From Candidatus Nealsonbacteria bacterium DGGOD1a (GTDB lineage: Bacteria; Patescibacteriota; Minisyncoccia; Minisyncoccales; UBA5738), in assembly GCA_022530585.1 (NCBI GenBank), contig CP092821.1:1089509-1153508 (forward strand): a stretch of 64,000 nucleotides of DNA, written 5' to 3'. Position 1 is the stretch's first letter; every line of letters starts with the position of its first letter. This document shows positions 24,465 through 32,885 of this stretch, in pieces. The notes under the pieces were generated by a model. That model saw only the letters and a program-made list of their open reading frames with translations. It did no database searches and was not told the origin of the DNA. The position numbers and the translations under genes are program-made.

Positions 24465-24902
24465 TTATTCTTTAATCATCGCAAACCCATCGTTGTTAAT
24501 AGCTCTTCCCTTGCTTATAATTTTCTCAACCATATCCCGATATAACGCAGGCAATAAATCGTCCTGCATTTCTTTAAATCCCTGCTCTTCGTAAAACTTT
24601 TGGTTTCTTCTTCGGCACATCAAATATATCGGCCGTCTTTTTTCCTGGGCAAGAAGCATTTGTATCAGCTTGCCGCCAATCCCTTTTTTCCTAAATCCTT
24701 CAACCACTGCGACGCTCGATAATTCAATATTGCCATCGCCAATCTCGGTTATTCTGGCACATCCCAAAACGCGCCGGCCCTGCGCCGCCACCAAAAAACC
24801 ATCGGCAACCATATTGGACGCATTCAAATCAAAAGCAATCATCATCTCCAATATTTGCGGCAAATCATCCTTGTTCGATTTTCGATAAATAATTTCTTCC
24901 AT
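24465..24902 (-). CDS. GNAT-family N-acetyltransferase
   Basis: VAVVEGFRKKGIGGKLIQML is the acetyl-CoA binding motif. Confidence 0.85.
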   Translation of the reverse strand: MEEIIYRKSNKDDLPQILEMMIAFDLNASNMVADGFLVAAQGRRVLGCARITEIGDGNIELSSVAVVEGFRKKGIGGKLIQMLLAQEKRRPIYLMCRRRNQKFYEEQGFKEMQDDLLPALYRDMVEKIISKGRAINNDGFAMIKE

Positions 24903-24905
24903 TTA

Positions 24906-25178
24906 TCATTTTAAAAAAACTTCGAGTTGAGAATCCAACGCTTTGGCGATTTTTTGCAAAAACAATAACGATGGGTTCGAGCGTCCCGATTCCAAACGGG
25001 AAATTGCCGATTGCTTTGTGCCAATTTTTTCCGCCAGATCTTGTTGCGATAACCCGCTTTTCAATCTTTTTTTAATTACCATTTCGATCAACGCAAATTC
25101 CGGCCCGAGTTTTTCATAATGCTTGGCAATTTCTTCGTCTTTTAATAGTTTGTTTTTAAATTCAGTATATGTTTTCAT
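24906..25178 (-). CDS. XRE-family HTH protein, HigA-like antitoxin
   Basis: GLSQQDLAEKIGTKQSAISRLESGRSNPSLLFLQKIAKAL. It lies directly downstream of a RelE/Gp49-type toxin gene. Confidence 0.8.
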   Translation of the reverse strand: MKTYTEFKNKLLKDEEIAKHYEKLGPEFALIEMVIKKRLKSGLSQQDLAEKIGTKQSAISRLESGRSNPSLLFLQKIAKALDSQLEVFLK

Positions 25179-25199
25179 AAATTATATATAACATATATG

Positions 25200-25529
25200 T
25201 TATATATTAGTCAATCTTTCATGCCTCTGAATAGCAACTTTGATCTCCTTTTTGGGGATTTTATCGGATTTTTTGACGAAACCGTGCAGCAAAATTATAT
25301 TCTTCCTTTTAAAACAATAAAAAAATCTTATTTCCTGCCGGCTCCGAATTCTCAATTCGTAAATCGCGGCGGTTATCTTTTTGCTGTGCGGCATGCCTAA
25401 TTCATGGCCGAAATTCTCAAGCAAATCGATAACCCGCAAAACTTTTGCGATCGCCGGTTTTTCCAAAGAATTTATAAACCCTTCAACCAAATCATCCAAA
25501 ATAATTTTATTATCTCTTTCGTTTCCCAT
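25200..25529 (-). CDS. RelE/ParE-superfamily toxin (phage Gp49/HigB-like)
   Basis: IYELRIRSRQEIRFFYCFKRKNIILLHGFVKKSDKIPKKEIKVA is the typical Gp49/DUF891 core. Confidence 0.8.
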   Translation of the reverse strand: MGNERDNKIILDDLVEGFINSLEKPAIAKVLRVIDLLENFGHELGMPHSKKITAAIYELRIRSRQEIRFFYCFKRKNIILLHGFVKKSDKIPKKEIKVAIQRHERLTNI

Positions 25530-26675
25530 ATTGCAAAACTTCTTTTAACCAAGCCTCAATTAATTCTGCGACTTGATTTTCACATTTGTGATATGTGTGG
25601 TCGGCGCCATCGATTATCGCGGTTTTTGAATTTTGGTTTTTCAAATGGCTGGCGACGATTGCCAGGTCTTCTTTTGGCGAGTTAATACAAAGATTTTCTT
25701 TGGAGCCATAGAACGCCAGAATCGGCATTTTGATTCTCTCCAGCTTCTCAAAATTGCCGTTTTCGAAAACCGGGAAAATATCCGCCTTGGTGTCTTTGCC
25801 GAATTCATCGACGAAACTTTTTGCCGAAATGTAATATGTGCCGCGGATCGGCCGCGGCAACAATTCGTTGCCCCTCCCCTGCGCAACCATAGCTTCCGCT
25901 TCCGCAAGATCTTTTTCAAAATTCTGCGGATCAAATTTTTTCAATAGCCCGGCGGCATCTGCCGGCGACATCAAAACCAGCGCGGTAACATCCGCGGGTA
26001 TTTTTTCATTTAAAAAATAAATTGCTTTGCCGCCGCCCTGGCTTAGCTCGACACTAACTAAGTTTTATCGTTTTAGCAGGATTTATTTGATCTGGATTCT
26101 AGGCGCGAGGAGCGTAATGTAGTCGTAGCACTACATTAGCGACAAGCAACAACGAAGACAGATCAAATAAATCCTGCCCTGCGGGAACATTGAAATTAAA
26201 TCGTTTTCCGCTTCACTCTTCCTCAATGTATCTGAAAAAGATACAATTTCGTCATCGTTCATTGAAACCGACTTAATTTGAATGTTCTAAAACGATAAAA
26301 CTTAGTTAGTGTCGAGCCTCCCTGCAAAATTATTTTTTCATAACCGCGCGACCGGAAAAAATCCAACCACGCGCCAATGTCCAAAACGCATTCTTCAAAA
26401 ATATCAAATGCCTGCCCGATTCTTTTTATCTGGTCGGTATCGCCCACCCGAAAATCCGCGATCTGGTCATGGCCGCGCAAATTAACCGTTAAAAACCCGA
26501 ATCCGGCCGCGGTATAAGTTTCGGCCATCGCGTCCAAAAACGCATTGGCATAAAACCCGCCGGCCCGGCCGTGCAAATGCAAAATGCCGATTTTCGATCC
26601 GGCGTCCGGCTCAAAAAGCAACCCGGGCAATTTCAATTGATCGCAAGTATCTGTCCGGCAAAAAGTAGTTTTCAT
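25510..26675 (-). pseudogene. Alpha/beta hydrolase gene interrupted by a 272-bp TIR element
   Basis: An N-terminal ORF (26259-26675) and a C-terminal ORF (25510-25974 plus an upstream open frame). Deleting 26046-26317 restores ..KIILQGVSQGGGKAIYF.. with a GVSQG nucleophile elbow. Confidence 0.8.
26046..26317. mobile_element. MITE-like non-autonomous element (272 bp) with 31-bp terminal inverted repeats
   Basis: GCTCGACACTAACTAAGTTTTATCGTTTTAG at 26046-26076 and its exact complement at 26287-26317. Nested internal inverted repeats at 26076-26094 / 26159-26177 and at 26115-26138. No ORF inside. Confidence 0.75.
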
Positions 26676-26758
26676 AATTTATCAAATATAATAACTTAAA
26701 TCAGCTTCCAACTCAAACAAAAACCCGGGTTATCCCGGGATTAAAAATTCGATGTTTT

Positions 26759-27610
26759 TTATTTCGCGCCGGTCAGTTTTTTGAAGCCTTCCATAATTTC
26801 CACCGGCAGGGCGAAGATCACGGTTTTGGACGGATCGGGATTTATCTTTTCAATGGTTTGCAAAGTGCGCATCGACAGGCCCCCGGGAGTGTCGGTGAGC
26901 ATTTTGGCGGCTTCGGCCAATCGCGCCGATGCCTGGAATTCGCCTTCGGCGCGGATGATGATGGCTCTTCTTTCGCGTTCGGATTCGGCCTGCTTGGCCA
27001 TAACGCGCTTCATATCCGCGGGCAATTCAATATCCTGGATTTTGATGTCGGTGACATTTATCCCCCAACTGTTGGTGGCTTGGTCAACGATTTGTTTGAT
27101 CGCTTCGGAAATTTTCTCGCGCTCGGAAAGCAGCGGGTCAAGTTCAATACCGCCAATCACATCGCGCAACGCGGCTTGCGCGTATTGCGCCACGGCCAGC
27201 GTGTAATCCTTGATATTCAAAATCGCTTTCTCGGCCGACTCCACCTGGAAATAAACCACGGCGTTGATTCCCACCGGCACATTGTCTTTGGTGATCACTT
27301 CCTGCGACGGAATGTCGGTGGTGGTGATGCGCATATCAACTTTGACCATGCGCTGGATGCCGATCAATATCCATGTCAATCCCGGCGACCGCGTTCCCGA
27401 ATATTGTCCAAGAGTCAAAACAAGCGCCCGTTCATATTGGTCAACCACGCGCAAACCAATAAGAAGGACCGACAAAACCAAGCCTACAAAAATCGCCAGC
27501 AATCCCAGCGGCCCAAAAATGCTCATTGCCGGGCCGACAAGAACAATGGCGCCAATAATCAGCGCGGCGATACTGGACAAAGAACTGATATCTTGATTGT
27601 TTTGTGCCAT
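26759..27610 (-). CDS. SPFH/band-7 (stomatin/slipin-like) membrane protein
   Basis: N-terminal TM segments, then VVDQYERALVLTLGQY...VKVDMRITTTDIPSQEVITKDNVPVGINAVVYFQV. Confidence 0.88.
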   Translation of the reverse strand: MAQNNQDISSLSSIAALIIGAIVLVGPAMSIFGPLGLLAIFVGLVLSVLLIGLRVVDQYERALVLTLGQYSGTRSPGLTWILIGIQRMVKVDMRITTTDIPSQEVITKDNVPVGINAVVYFQVESAEKAILNIKDYTLAVAQYAQAALRDVIGGIELDPLLSEREKISEAIKQIVDQATNSWGINVTDIKIQDIELPADMKRVMAKQAESERERRAIIIRAEGEFQASARLAEAAKMLTDTPGGLSMRTLQTIEKINPDPSKTVIFALPVEIMEGFKKLTGAK

Positions 27611-27689
27611 ACAATTTAATTATTTAGCTTAAATTTGCCTTTTATGATATTCATTATAGCATAATCTTGATAGAGTAAAGGCAACAATA

Positions 27690-27826
27690 ATTTTCAATTA
27701 TCAATTTACAATTTTCATTGAATTTTCAATGCACCAATGAATCAAACAGAATCCTAACTGAAACATTTGTTTGGAACATTGAAATTTGGAACATTTATTG
27801 TAAATTGTAAATTGAAAATTTTATCT
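27690..27826. repeat. AT-rich word palindrome upstream of recG
   Basis: AATTTTCAATTATCAATTTACAATTTTCATTG ... CATTGAAATTTGGAACATTTATTGTAAATTGTAAATTGAAAATT. Confidence 0.6.
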
Positions 27827-27828
27827 CT

Positions 27829-29970
27829 ATGGATTTCGACGCTTCAATTGAAAAATTCACGCGAATTTCGGCGGCCTATAAATCCCGATTGAAAAATATG
27901 GGAATTTTGACGATGCGGGATTTGCTCTATCACTTCCCCTCGCGCTACCATGATTTTTCCGCGCGGACGAATATCGCCGATTTGGAAGTCGATAAAACCG
28001 CCTGCGTCCAGGGAACCGTCGAAACAATAAAAATGATCCGCATTTGGAAGCGGCACATGACGCTCATTGAAGCCATGGTGACCGACGCTACCGGCTCGGT
28101 AAAAGCTTTATGGTTCAACCAGCCATACCTTGCCGGCACCCTTAAAAAGGGCACTATAGTTTGTCTGGCGGGAAAACTGGTTGACAAAAAAGGCGCCAAA
28201 TACCTTTCCAACCCGATGTATGAAAAAGTTCGCGACGGTTTTGAAACCGAAGAAGATTACACCCACACCGGACGGATGGTGCCGGTTTATCCGGAAACCG
28301 CGGGTGTTTCCAGCCGCTGGTTGCGCTATATTATCAAACCGCTCCTGGCCGGTTATTCAAAAATGCCCGATCCCCTGCCTGAAAATTTGCTCGGCGATTA
28401 TGATTTCATGCCGTGGCGCGACGCGATAAAACAAATCCATTTCCCGGAATCCGATGAATTCGCCGCCGCCGCGCGGAAGCGTTTCGCGTTCGAAGAATTG
28501 TTTTTCATCCAGTTGGCGGTTTTGCGCGAACGCGTGCGGCTGAACAGCGAAAAAGCTTTGGCAATCCCGTTCGACGCGGACTTGGTGAAAGAATTCGTGC
28601 AATCTCTGCCCTTCACCCTTACCCAGGCCCAGCGCGAAACCGCCTTTCGGATATTGAAAGATTTGGAAAAACCGCGGCCGATGAACCGCCTCCTGCAAGG
28701 CGATGTCGGCTCGGGCAAAACCGTCGTGGCGATGATCGCGGCCCTGGCAACCGCTAAAGCCGGCGCGCAAATCGCGGTTATGGTGCCCACGGAAATCCTC
28801 GCCCAACAACATTACGCGAGCTTTTCCAAAATGTTATCGCCGCTCAACATTGAAATCGGCTTGCTTTGCAGCAAGAATTCCCGGCTTTCTTCATACGGAT
28901 CCGCGTCAAAATCCGCGGTGCTGGAACAGGCGAAAAGCGGCGAAGTTTCCATTTTGATCGGTACCAACGCTTTGATTCAAAAAGGCGTTGAATTTAAAAA
29001 TCTAGCTTTGGTGGTTTTGGACGAACAGCATCGCTTCGGCATCGACCAGCGCGCGGCGCTCGCAAAAAACAACAAAACAAATTCAAAAAAATCCTTGGTG
29101 CCGCATTTGCTTTCAATGACCGCCACGCCCATCCCCCGCACCCTGGCGCTCACAGTCTATGGCGACCTTGACCTGGCACTGATCAATGAAATGCCCGCGG
29201 GCAGGCTTAAAGTTGGAACAAAGATTGTCCTTCCCGATGGTCGCGCCAAAGCTTACGAGATGATCCGCAAAGAAATCCAATCCGGCCGCCAGGCGTTCGT
29301 TATCTGCCCGCGCATCGACCCCGACGAGGACAAGCCCGAACAAAAGCGGGACGGAATTTTATTCGACCCGAAAGCCGATTACTCCGGCGCGGACGCGGTC
29401 AAGGCCGTCAAAGAAGAATATGAAAAACTGTCAAAAGAAATTTTTCCGGAATTGAAAGTCGGCATGATGCACGGCAAAATGAAAGCCGCGGAAAAAGAAG
29501 AAGTGATGGTAAAATTAAAAGACGGGAAAATAGACATTCTGGTTTCCACCTCGGTGATCGAAGTCGGCATCGACATTCCCAACGCCACGATCATGGCCAT
29601 CGAAGGCAGCCACAAATTCGGCCTGGCGCAATTGCACCAGTTCCGCGGCCGTGTGGGTCGCGGCGAACACCAATCGTATTGCCTGCTGTTTTCCGATTAC
29701 CCCACCCGGCGCCTGAACGCGATGCTCAAATTCGACAGCGGCTTCGACCTGGCCGAAAAAGACTTGGAAATCCGCGGCCCGGGAGAAGTGTTCGGCTCCC
29801 AGCAATGGGGCGCGCCCGATCTAGCCATGGCTTCCCTCGCCGACGTGTTCCTGGTGGAAAAATCCCGCAACGCCGCCAAAGGCATTCTCCAAAACGACCC
29901 CGACCTCTCGCGCCATCCCGCACTCCGCGCCCGCATCCAGCACTTCCGCGACCGCGCCCACCTGGAGTGA
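27829..29970 (+). CDS. recG: ATP-dependent DNA helicase RecG
   Basis: 713 aa. Wedge-domain N-terminus, Walker A GDVGSGKT, and VLDEQHRFG. Confidence 0.95.
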   Translation: MDFDASIEKFTRISAAYKSRLKNMGILTMRDLLYHFPSRYHDFSARTNIADLEVDKTACVQGTVETIKMIRIWKRHMTLIEAMVTDATGSVKALWFNQPYLAGTLKKGTIVCLAGKLVDKKGAKYLSNPMYEKVRDGFETEEDYTHTGRMVPVYPETAGVSSRWLRYIIKPLLAGYSKMPDPLPENLLGDYDFMPWRDAIKQIHFPESDEFAAAARKRFAFEELFFIQLAVLRERVRLNSEKALAIPFDADLVKEFVQSLPFTLTQAQRETAFRILKDLEKPRPMNRLLQGDVGSGKTVVAMIAALATAKAGAQIAVMVPTEILAQQHYASFSKMLSPLNIEIGLLCSKNSRLSSYGSASKSAVLEQAKSGEVSILIGTNALIQKGVEFKNLALVVLDEQHRFGIDQRAALAKNNKTNSKKSLVPHLLSMTATPIPRTLALTVYGDLDLALINEMPAGRLKVGTKIVLPDGRAKAYEMIRKEIQSGRQAFVICPRIDPDEDKPEQKRDGILFDPKADYSGADAVKAVKEEYEKLSKEIFPELKVGMMHGKMKAAEKEEVMVKLKDGKIDILVSTSVIEVGIDIPNATIMAIEGSHKFGLAQLHQFRGRVGRGEHQSYCLLFSDYPTRRLNAMLKFDSGFDLAEKDLEIRGPGEVFGSQQWGAPDLAMASLADVFLVEKSRNAAKGILQNDPDLSRHPALRARIQHFRDRAHLE

Positions 29971-30005
29971 AGCTCGAATGTTCGAATATCCGAAATCCAA
30001 AACAA

Positions 30006-30036
30006 AAATCCGCAGGAGTCTTGCTCCTGCGGATTT
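30006..30036. terminator. Bidirectional terminator hairpin between recG and the convergent small ORF
   Basis: 13-bp stem AAATCCGCAGGAG / CTCCTGCGGATTT. A T-run follows on the minus-strand reading. Confidence 0.65.
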
Positions 30037-30073
30037 GCGTCTTGATAAAAAGACTATAAACACCAGATTGCGT

Positions 30074-30265
30074 TTACAATAATTCCAAAACATCCTCGGC
30101 GGTCAAAACTTCGGGGTTGCCCAACATATGGCCCAAGCGATTGATCTCGGGCCGCATCAAATTGGCTTTTCCCAAAACATCGGTCTGGGCGAAAGTCTTG
30201 CGCGCCGGACCATCGGAAATTATCCGGCCAAACGAATCGCGGCAAACATATTCGTAAAATTTCAT
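30074..30265 (-). CDS. Small hypothetical ORF (63 aa)
   Basis: Open frame followed by a terminator. No family recognised, and it may be a gene fragment. Confidence 0.3.
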   Translation of the reverse strand: MKFYEYVCRDSFGRIISDGPARKTFAQTDVLGKANLMRPEINRLGHMLGNPEVLTAEDVLELL

Positions 30266-30281
30266 ATAATTTTACTTCTTC

Positions 30282-30348
30282 CTCCCCTTTTCCGTGATCC
30301 AGAAACCGAGGGGCTTGTTGAGAATGAGGCGGGTCTGAGATTCCAGCG
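30282..30348. repeat. 67-bp direct repeat, copy A (a non-coding copy of the glycosyltransferase 3' end)
   Basis: 61/67 identical to 32902-32968. It translates as ..LESQTRLILNKPLGFWITEKGRKK* against ..LESQTRLIINKPLGFWITEKGRKNGK*. Confidence 0.85.
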
Positions 30349-30359
30349 ATAGTAAAAAA

Positions 30360-31535
30360 TCATTCTTGCGACAAATAGTAAATTTCCATTTTTTCCGCGG
30401 GGGTAAGGCCTTGCAATTCTTCACGGGGGGTGTTGTTCCAAAGCTGGTTGGCATATTCAAAAAACGCAGTGAATGATTTTTCGTCGGGAAAATTTATTTT
30501 TTCCGAAATCATTTTCATGATCGGGCCGGATGATCGGCTTTCGTTCATTGCTTTTTGAATATCTTCCACCTGCCAGATGTCCCCTGCGCCAACCAAATCC
30601 AGCACTCGTTGAAACTCATTTTCAAAATCCGATCGTTGGCGGATTTCAAGCCATCTTGCCAAACAAAACGGTTCAATCTCCTGCGCGTCGCGCTCCGCCA
30701 GCTCTTTTTGAAACTGTTTATCCAATTCGCTTCCCTTAAATTTGCGCTCCATTTCTTTTAATCTCTCTTCCATCTTTTCAATATCTACTTCATTGCCGCC
30801 TCCTTCATCATCCCCTTCGGCAACTTTTTCCAACAAATGATTCCATCTTTGTTCCCAATTTCGTTTCCATGATTTGTTATCGGGATATTTTTCCGCATAG
30901 CTGATGCCATTGGCCAAATAATAATAATGCCACTTCATTTCATTTATCGCAATATCGTCTTTTACTTGTTCAAAAAACACCAAAGATCGCTTCAAAAGTT
31001 CTAAAATTATTTTATCTTTGGTATTAACCAAAATACTACCAATAAAATCTTGGATATCTTTGTCCTTTTCAAACAATTTTATCAAAAAATTTTTAACCGG
31101 AATTTGGTCTATAAATTCGCCCAGCACGCCAACGGCAAAAATTTTCGCGCGCCACGGATCATTGTCAATCCTGCGCTCGATAAACTCAATCGCAAGAGGG
31201 ACAACCGATCCCGGATGCGCTCTTTCAATCAGCACCAGCGTATCCTCAGCCGCCTCTTGTGTAAAATCCTCATCGCTGTCAAAAACATCAAGCAAGTACG
31301 GAACCGCATCTTTGTCGCGCATAATCCCCAAAACCGCAATCGCCCAAATCGCGGCCAAAGATTCGCAAACCCGAAAATTTTCAACAATTTCGCGCAACGC
31401 GGTTTTTAATTGCTTGTTTTTGTCTTGCCGCGCCAAATAATTTACCGCTTCCCTGATTGTTTTCGGATCATCCGAATCCAAGTCATTCAACCTTTTTTTA
31501 ACCGCCGGATTTTCAATTTTTGTTTCAATTTCCAT
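30360..31535 (-). CDS. HEAT/ARM-like repeat protein (possibly DUF1186-like)
   Basis: DPKTIREAVNYLAR...DKDAVPYLLDVF are HEAT-like repeats. Acidic central coil. The C-terminus reads ..LWNNTPREELQGLTPAEK. The family call is tentative. Confidence 0.5.
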   Translation of the reverse strand: MEIETKIENPAVKKRLNDLDSDDPKTIREAVNYLARQDKNKQLKTALREIVENFRVCESLAAIWAIAVLGIMRDKDAVPYLLDVFDSDEDFTQEAAEDTLVLIERAHPGSVVPLAIEFIERRIDNDPWRAKIFAVGVLGEFIDQIPVKNFLIKLFEKDKDIQDFIGSILVNTKDKIILELLKRSLVFFEQVKDDIAINEMKWHYYYLANGISYAEKYPDNKSWKRNWEQRWNHLLEKVAEGDDEGGGNEVDIEKMEERLKEMERKFKGSELDKQFQKELAERDAQEIEPFCLARWLEIRQRSDFENEFQRVLDLVGAGDIWQVEDIQKAMNESRSSGPIMKMISEKINFPDEKSFTAFFEYANQLWNNTPREELQGLTPAEKMEIYYLSQE

Positions 31536-31555
31536 GGTTTTAATTTTTAATTATT

Positions 31556-32791
31556 TTAAATTTTCCAATACGGAATAAATTTTACTGTTGTGGTTTTTAT
31601 TTTTACCACCGTATCCAGCGACAGATTGACCACCCACGCTTCATTGGGTTTGTATTTTTCAACAAACGACAGCAACGACTTTCCCAAAACCGGCGATTTC
31701 AAATCGATGTATTTGACTTCAACCGGCAGCACTTCCCGGCCGCGATTGATCACAAAATCCACTTCGGCTCCGGAAAGGGTGCGCCAAAAATTTATCACAG
31801 CGGCGGTATCTTTGTTTTTTTCCAAAAGAGCGTTTAAAACAAAATTTTGAAACACAAAAGAAAAGCTTTGCGGATCGGATAACGCCCCCATTAATTCTAT
31901 GGAAAAATTGCGCAAACCAAGATCATAGAAATATGCCGACGACGACCGAGTGATTTCTTTTTGCTTGTTGGTAAAGTATGGCCGGACGATTTTGAGCAAA
32001 AAAATTTTTTGCGCGTACCACAAATATTTTTTCAACGGCGCGAAAGTCAAATCTATTTGCTGGCCCAATTTTGAATAATTCAAAATTTGCCCGGATTGGC
32101 TGGCAATGATTTTAACCATCAACGAAAACGCTTCCGGCCGGTCGATTTCCAAAAGTGAAAGCAGATCTTTTTCAACGCAACTGCGAAAAATCTCCCCCAT
32201 TATTTTGTTTTTCTCCAAAACATGGTTCGCCAAAATAACGCGCGGATAACCGCCGAAATTGAGATATTCTTTCAAAAAAATTTTTGTTCTGTCCTTTTCT
32301 ATTTCAAAATAACTTCCAATCTTGTCTTCATAGCGGTAATCTGTTTTGAAATTCGCGAATTCCTTAAAATTAACCGGATTAATTTCGAAAATTCTTTTTC
32401 GTCCGGCCAGCGATTCGTGAATTTTTTCTTTCAGTTCCAAACTTCCGGATCCGGAAACAATGAATTTATACGGCAAATCCAAATCATAAATTCCCTTCAA
32501 AAAAATCCCGGCATCCTTTTTCCGCTGGATCTCATCGATAAAAACAAACCCCCCGGGCGCAAGATGAATCCTGATTTTTTCAATCAATTCCGCCTGGCTC
32601 GTGAAATATTTTTCATCCGCCTCATTGTCCAAATTTAAAAAAAGATATTTTTTACCGATACTTTCAAGGTGCCCGGCCAACTCACGCATCAATGTAGTTT
32701 TGCCCACTTGCCGCGGGCCGACCAACAAAGTAATTTCTTTTTGAGTTAAATGCTCTTTTAATTCTTGAAAAATCTCCCGCTTAATCAACAT
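31556..32791 (-). CDS. AAA+ ATPase (AAA_14 + DUF4143-type)
   Basis: LLVGPRQVGKTTLMRE is the Walker A and VFIDEIQ the Walker B. The C-terminal ..AEVDFVI..EVK.. is typical of DUF4143 proteins. Confidence 0.75.
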   Translation of the reverse strand: MLIKREIFQELKEHLTQKEITLLVGPRQVGKTTLMRELAGHLESIGKKYLFLNLDNEADEKYFTSQAELIEKIRIHLAPGGFVFIDEIQRKKDAGIFLKGIYDLDLPYKFIVSGSGSLELKEKIHESLAGRKRIFEINPVNFKEFANFKTDYRYEDKIGSYFEIEKDRTKIFLKEYLNFGGYPRVILANHVLEKNKIMGEIFRSCVEKDLLSLLEIDRPEAFSLMVKIIASQSGQILNYSKLGQQIDLTFAPLKKYLWYAQKIFLLKIVRPYFTNKQKEITRSSSAYFYDLGLRNFSIELMGALSDPQSFSFVFQNFVLNALLEKNKDTAAVINFWRTLSGAEVDFVINRGREVLPVEVKYIDLKSPVLGKSLLSFVEKYKPNEAWVVNLSLDTVVKIKTTTVKFIPYWKI

Positions 32792-32885
32792 GGTTTTGAG
32801 TTAAAATATCAATATACTTTAATTTTAACCTTATTATTATTAAAGTCAAGATTAATAATTATCGGGTTAACATTGAAGTCAATCT

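Noticed and set aside
26046-26317. Group I or group II intron interpretation of the hydrolase insertion
   Set aside because: At 272 nt with perfect 31-bp terminal inverted repeats, it is too short for a group II intron. I see no domain V-like or P7/P3-like conserved cores. It cannot be fully excluded without RNA data, so this is listed as a check.
30272-30460. 62-aa minus-strand ORF
   Set aside because: Only its last 24 codons are meaningful, as the duplicated glycosyltransferase 3' end. The rest overlaps the HEAT-like gene out of frame, so it is treated as a repeat and not a gene.
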